Shown here piece after piece: positions 52,725-56,761 of a DNA stretch of 56,761 bases. Where the stretch lies: NCBI GenBank assembly GCA_043818355.1, contig JBDRFX010000008.1:1-56761 (forward strand), given 5' to 3'. The DNA is from Patescibacteria group bacterium. GTDB lineage: Bacteria > Patescibacteriota > Minisyncoccia > Minisyncoccales > DG-74-3. The position numbers and the translations under genes are program-made. The notes under the pieces were generated by a model. The model was given only the letters and a program-made list of their open reading frames with translations, did no database searches and had not been told where the DNA came from. Each line of letters begins with the position of its first letter. Within the stretch, counting starts at the first letter, position 1.

Positions 52725-53741
52725 ATGTTAGATAAATTAAATAGCTTAAAAGATGAGGCTAAAACAGAACTGGAAAAGGCAACAGATCCAAGAGTTTTAA
52801 ATAATGCTTTTAATAAATATTTAGGGAAAAAGGGGGAAGTTAATCTCATTTTGAGATCTATTAAAGACTTGCCAGAAGAAGAAAGAATAAAGACCGGAAA
52901 AGAAGCCAATGAAGTTAAGAATATTCTTGAAAATATTTATAAAGAAAAAGCCAAAAGTTTTGAGATTAAAGATGATTCTCATGAGAAATGGATTGATATT
53001 ACTCTCCCTGGTGTTCAACAAGAAATAGGACATATTCATCCCTTGACTCAAAGCAGGAGAGAGATAGAAGAAATATTTTCTTCCATGGGTTTCTCTGTTG
53101 TTGATGGTCCGCAAATGGAAACAGAATTTTATAATTTTGACGGTTTGAATATTCCCAAAAATCATCCTGCCAGAGATTTATGGGACACGATTTATCTTAA
53201 AAATGGCAACCTATTAAGAACTCATACCTCTCCAATGCAGGTTAGATATATGGAGAAGCACAAGCCACCTTTGAGAATTATTATTCCTGGGCGTGTTTTT
53301 AGATATGAAGCCACTGACGCTAGTCATGAAATTAATTTTAATCAGGTTGAGGGATTAATGGTTGGAGGAAAGGGAGAGATAACAGTAGCTAGCTTTAAAG
53401 CTATTATAGAAGGATTTTTATCAAATTTTTTCGGCGAAGAAATTAAAATTAGATTGAGGCCAGGATTCTTTCCATTTACTGTTATTTCTTTTGAGATTGA
53501 TGCCTCTTGTCCTTTGTGTGACCAAAAAGGATGTCCTGCTTGTAAAGAATCAGGTTGGATTGAATTAATGGGAGCTGGAATGGTTCATCCCAGTGTTTTT
53601 AAAAACTCAGGATTAAATCCTGACGAATGCCAAGGATTTGCTTTTGGAATGGGGCTAGAAAGATTAACAATGATTAAGAGAAAGATTAATGATCTTAGAT
53701 TGTTTTATTCGGGGGACATTAAATTTTTAAAACAATTTTAG
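52725..53741 (+). CDS. pheS: Phenylalanine--tRNA ligase alpha subunit
   Basis: HP......E....F..MGF, LLRTHTSP.Q.R, FGMGLERL. Confidence 0.95.
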   Translation: MLDKLNSLKDEAKTELEKATDPRVLNNAFNKYLGKKGEVNLILRSIKDLPEEERIKTGKEANEVKNILENIYKEKAKSFEIKDDSHEKWIDITLPGVQQEIGHIHPLTQSRREIEEIFSSMGFSVVDGPQMETEFYNFDGLNIPKNHPARDLWDTIYLKNGNLLRTHTSPMQVRYMEKHKPPLRIIIPGRVFRYEATDASHEINFNQVEGLMVGGKGEITVASFKAIIEGFLSNFFGEEIKIRLRPGFFPFTVISFEIDASCPLCDQKGCPACKESGWIELMGAGMVHPSVFKNSGLNPDECQGFAFGMGLERLTMIKRKINDLRLFYSGDIKFLKQF

Positions 53742-53748
53742 TAAGTAT

Positions 53749-55755
53749 ATGATATTTTCATACAATTGGTTACAAAGCTTAATAAAACAAAAATTGCCTG
53801 AACCTAAAAAAGTGGCAGAGCTTTTAACAATGCATTCTTTTGAAATAGATGAATTGAAAAAGGTGGGGACTGACTATGTTTTTGATATTGCTGTTTTACC
53901 AAATAGGGGACATGATTGTTTTTCTCACGAAGGAATAATAAGAGAGATAGTTACTTTAATGGGCATAAAATATACGACTTTAGACATTCAGTTGAAGGAA
54001 GATGAAAGCATTCAAGCTAAGGACTTTATTTCTGTTGAAATTAAAGATAAGGAATGCAGAAGATATGTCGCAGGAGTAATGATAGATGTTAAGTTGGGCG
54101 AATCACCAGATTGGCTCAAAGAAAGATTGATGGCTTGTGGTTTGAGACCTATTAATAATATTGTAGATGTTGCTAATTATATAATGTTAGAAACAGGACA
54201 ACCTCTACATGTTTTTGATGCTGAAAAAATTCATGACAGAAAAATTATTGTTAGAAAAGGAAGATCTGGAGAAAAACTAGAAACTTTAGACGACGAAATT
54301 GTTGATTTAGATTCTGATATATTATTAATTACGGATTCATCTGGACCATTGGCTGTTGCTGGAATTAAGGGAGGAAAGGGAAGTGGAATAGACAAAAATA
54401 CCAAAACTATTATTGTTGAGTCGGCTAACTTTGAACCAATGGCCATTAGAAGAGGATCAAAGAAATTAAAATTAAAAACAGATGCTTCTTGGAGATTTGA
54501 ACATGATTTAGACGTTAATATAGCTCCAATAGCTGTTAAAAGGGCAATGTTTTTAATTCAAGAAGTAGCTGGAGGAAAAATTGCCAAAGGATTGGTGGAT
54601 ATTTTTTCTTCTGAAACAAAGCAAAGAAAGCTAGACTTTAGATTAAGTATGACTCAAAAAATGCTTGGCATTGAAATAGCAGAAAAAGATATTAAGGGCA
54701 TTTTAGATAGATTGGGATTTGGATTTAAAGAAAAAGAAGATGGTTTGTTAGAGATTTTAATCCCAACCATTAGAGGCGACATTACTATAGTTGAAGATCT
54801 TGTTGAAGAAATTGGTAGGGTTTGGGGATTTAATAATATTCCTGCTGTTTTTCCTAACGTTCTTTTAACTATTCCAAAGTTCGAAGAAAATGCCTATTGG
54901 GAACAAAAAATTAAAAAGAACTTAAAAGAAATAAAATTTATTGAGGTCTATAATAAATCTTTTATTGGAGAGAAGGAGATAGAATTGTTGGGTGTGTCTA
55001 AAGAAGACTTGATTGAAGTTACTAATCCTCCAAGCGCTGATTATCAATACATGAGACCTGATTTCTTGGTTCATTTGATGAACAACATAGCTTTTAATCA
55101 AAAATCATTTTCTCAGTTTAGATTATTTGAATTGGGTAAAATTTTTGATAATTCTGAAGGAGAAAGAAGACTATTGGCTGGAGTTATAATGGGGTATGAA
55201 TTTTATGATGCTAAGGGTGTGATTGAAGCACTATTAGCTAATTTTAATGTTAGCGACATTTCCTTTATTAAGCCAGAAAAAACAAAAGTTTGTTGGGATT
55301 CCAGCATGATTGCTGAAATTATGATAGGAAAAGAAATTATTGGAAGTGTTGGAAAGATTAATAAAAAATGGATTAATTTTTTTAAGATAAATGGAGATGT
55401 GTTTGGTTTTAAAATTGATTTTGAAAAATTACAGAACTTGGCTAAGAGATATAGAGATTATGTTCCTCTTTCTCCATATCCTTCAGCAACTAGAGATTTG
55501 GCAGTTTTAGTGCCACTAGAAATACCAGCAATGGATGTTGTTAAAAAAATTAAAAACAGTGGAAAACTATTAAAAAATATTGAAATATTTGATGTGTACT
55601 CAGGAGAAGGAATTCCTGATAACAAGAAGAATATTGCTTTTCATTTAATTTATCAATCTCAAGATCATACTCTTGAGACAAAAGAAATTGATGAAATTCA
55701 TCAAAATATAATTAAGGATCTGGAAGCAAACCCAGAATTTATGGTAAGAAAATGA
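53749..55755 (+). CDS. pheT: Phenylalanine--tRNA ligase beta subunit, short form (668 aa)
   Basis: N-terminal SYNWL, B3/4 and B5 regions, C-terminal FDVY...K.....L. Lacks the N-terminal OB/tRNA-binding insertion. Confidence 0.9.
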   Translation: MIFSYNWLQSLIKQKLPEPKKVAELLTMHSFEIDELKKVGTDYVFDIAVLPNRGHDCFSHEGIIREIVTLMGIKYTTLDIQLKEDESIQAKDFISVEIKDKECRRYVAGVMIDVKLGESPDWLKERLMACGLRPINNIVDVANYIMLETGQPLHVFDAEKIHDRKIIVRKGRSGEKLETLDDEIVDLDSDILLITDSSGPLAVAGIKGGKGSGIDKNTKTIIVESANFEPMAIRRGSKKLKLKTDASWRFEHDLDVNIAPIAVKRAMFLIQEVAGGKIAKGLVDIFSSETKQRKLDFRLSMTQKMLGIEIAEKDIKGILDRLGFGFKEKEDGLLEILIPTIRGDITIVEDLVEEIGRVWGFNNIPAVFPNVLLTIPKFEENAYWEQKIKKNLKEIKFIEVYNKSFIGEKEIELLGVSKEDLIEVTNPPSADYQYMRPDFLVHLMNNIAFNQKSFSQFRLFELGKIFDNSEGERRLLAGVIMGYEFYDAKGVIEALLANFNVSDISFIKPEKTKVCWDSSMIAEIMIGKEIIGSVGKINKKWINFFKINGDVFGFKIDFEKLQNLAKRYRDYVPLSPYPSATRDLAVLVPLEIPAMDVVKKIKNSGKLLKNIEIFDVYSGEGIPDNKKNIAFHLIYQSQDHTLETKEIDEIHQNIIKDLEANPEFMVRK

Positions 55756-56761
55756 CGCCTAAAAAAATTACAACCAAAAAATCCACAGCTAAGGAAAAAA
55801 AACCAAAAACAAAAAAAGTTGAATCTAGTTATTCTGCTAAAGACATTTTTGTTTTAAAGGGTTTGGAGCCAGTGAGAAAAAGACCGGGAATGTATATTGG
55901 TACTACTGGACCCGATGGTTTGCATCACTTAGTCTATGAAATTGTTGATAATAGCATTGACGAAGCTATTGGTGGATTTTGTAATGAAATTACAATTGCT
56001 TTATTACCGGGCAATAAAGTACAACTTACAGATAATGGTAGGGGAATTCCAGTAGACAAGCACAAGATGACTGGTAAGTCTGCTTTAGAAACTATTATGA
56101 CCACCCTACATACTGGTGGTAAATTCGGAGGAGAAGCCTATAAAGTTTCAGGGGGATTGCACGGTGTTGGCATTTCTGTTGTTTGTGCTTTGTCTAAATA
56201 TATGAGAGTTGAGGTTTGCAGAGATGGGGGTAGATATGCTCAAGAATACGAAAGAGGTAAGGTAAAAACTAAAGTGCAAAAGCTAGGTCCATGTAGGACT
56301 ACAGGAACAACTGTTATTTTTGAACCAGATGAAACTATATTTGAGACTGTAGAGTTTAATTTCCAAAAATTATTAACTCATTTGCGCCAACAAGCCTATT
56401 TGACTAAAGGAGTTAAAATTACAATTTCTGATTTAAGAGATAAGTCAGATGTTAAAAGTTATGTTTTTTACTTTGAAGGCGGTATTGTTTCTTTTGTTAA
56501 ATATCTAACTCGTGGTAGACCCCTAAGAAATGAAAATATTTTTTATTGTTCTGATGAAAAAGAAGGAATTTTAGTAGAAACAGCTCTAGTATATACAAGA
56601 GAATTCGAATTTCTAGAAGAATCTTTTGCTAATAACATTTACACCAAAGAGGGAGGAACGCATTTAACTGGACTGAGAACGGCTTTAACTAGAACTCTGA
56701 ATGACTATGCTAGAAAAAATAGCTTAATTAAAGAATCAGATAGTAATTTGTCTGGTCAAGA
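55752..56761 (+). CDS. gyrB: DNA gyrase subunit B, 5' part (runs off the window), with a Lys-rich N-terminal leader
   Basis: ATG 55752 overlaps the pheT TGA (ATGA). LEPVRKRPGMYIGTTG, LHHLVYEIVDNSIDEA, GGLHGVG. Absent from the track because no stop is reached. Confidence 0.92.
   Translation, partial: MTPKKITTKKSTAKEKKPKTKKVESSYSAKDIFVLKGLEPVRKRPGMYIGTTGPDGLHHLVYEIVDNSIDEAIGGFCNEITIALLPGNKVQLTDNGRGIPVDKHKMTGKSALETIMTTLHTGGKFGGEAYKVSGGLHGVGISVVCALSKYMRVEVCRDGGRYAQEYERGKVKTKVQKLGPCRTTGTTVIFEPDETIFETVEFNFQKLLTHLRQQAYLTKGVKITISDLRDKSDVKSYVFYFEGGIVSFVKYLTRGRPLRNENIFYCSDEKEGILVETALVYTREFEFLEESFANNIYTKEGGTHLTGLRTALTRTLNDYARKNSLIKESDSNLSGQ

Noticed and set aside
3531-54446. The many 60-170-aa ORFs in the track that run antisense to, or out of frame within, well-supported genes. 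Examples: 3531..3731, 5309..5497, 8684..9142, 16336..16668, 20140..20406, 22378..22623, 42137..42517, 44581..45081, 52821..53165.
   Set aside because: Each lies wholly inside a conserved gene on the other strand or frame. Their translations are low-complexity (S/L/F/I-rich mirror images of K/E-rich coding sequence) and none has its own intergenic context.
1-56761. Possible alternative genetic code (UGA as a sense codon, as in some CPR lineages)
   Set aside because: Several conserved genes (for example thyA, pheT and rpsQ) terminate at TGA at the expected protein length, and no conserved gene needs TGA read-through.

Overview
The window is AT-rich and densely coded, almost entirely on the + strand, and reads like the core of a small, reduced bacterial genome. 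Four things point to a Patescibacteria/CPR-like organism. There is no L30 gene between rpsE and rplO. Several aminoacyl-tRNA synthetases are shortened. Many ribosomal proteins carry Lys/Glu-rich tails. Shine-Dalgarno signals are weak. TGA is used as a stop codon, so the standard bacterial code applies. The centre (15.0-31.3 kb and 38.8-42.7 kb) is the str-S10-spc-alpha ribosomal super-operon: rpsL, rpsG, fusA, tuf, rpsJ through rplO, secY, adk, map, then infA, rpmJ, rpsM, rpsK, rpsD, rpoA, rplQ, rplM, rpsI. A 7.5 kb block interrupts it between map and infA. The left edge of that block is the only clearly mobile-looking feature: an HUH/Y1 (IS200/RayT-like) transposase gene bracketed by perfect 65-bp direct repeats, with three copies of a 21-nt palindromic hairpin, two of them inside its own reading frame. 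The left 15 kb holds ychF, a folate/thymidylate cluster (cofE-like, glyA, thyA, folA), an RRM protein, FKBP, uppP, a dcd-like gene, redox genes, a ComEC-type MBL domain protein, a long adenylate-kinase paralogue, tRNA-Pro and rpmB. The right 14 kb holds two mreB paralogues, holB, frr, rseP, proS, gatCA, a tRNA cluster (fMet, Met/Ile2, Asp), pheST and the 5' part of gyrB. I saw no rRNA, no CRISPR array and no obvious defence or toxin system. The best candidates for something undescribed are the RayT/hairpin/65-bp repeat unit and a promoter-to-terminator ~145-nt extended hairpin (candidate ncRNA) at 13.76-13.91 kb. An rpoA without a recognisable alpha-CTD and a stand-alone very acidic micro-ORF are also worth a look. 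All functional calls come from reading motifs in the supplied translations and the DNA by eye; no searches were run.
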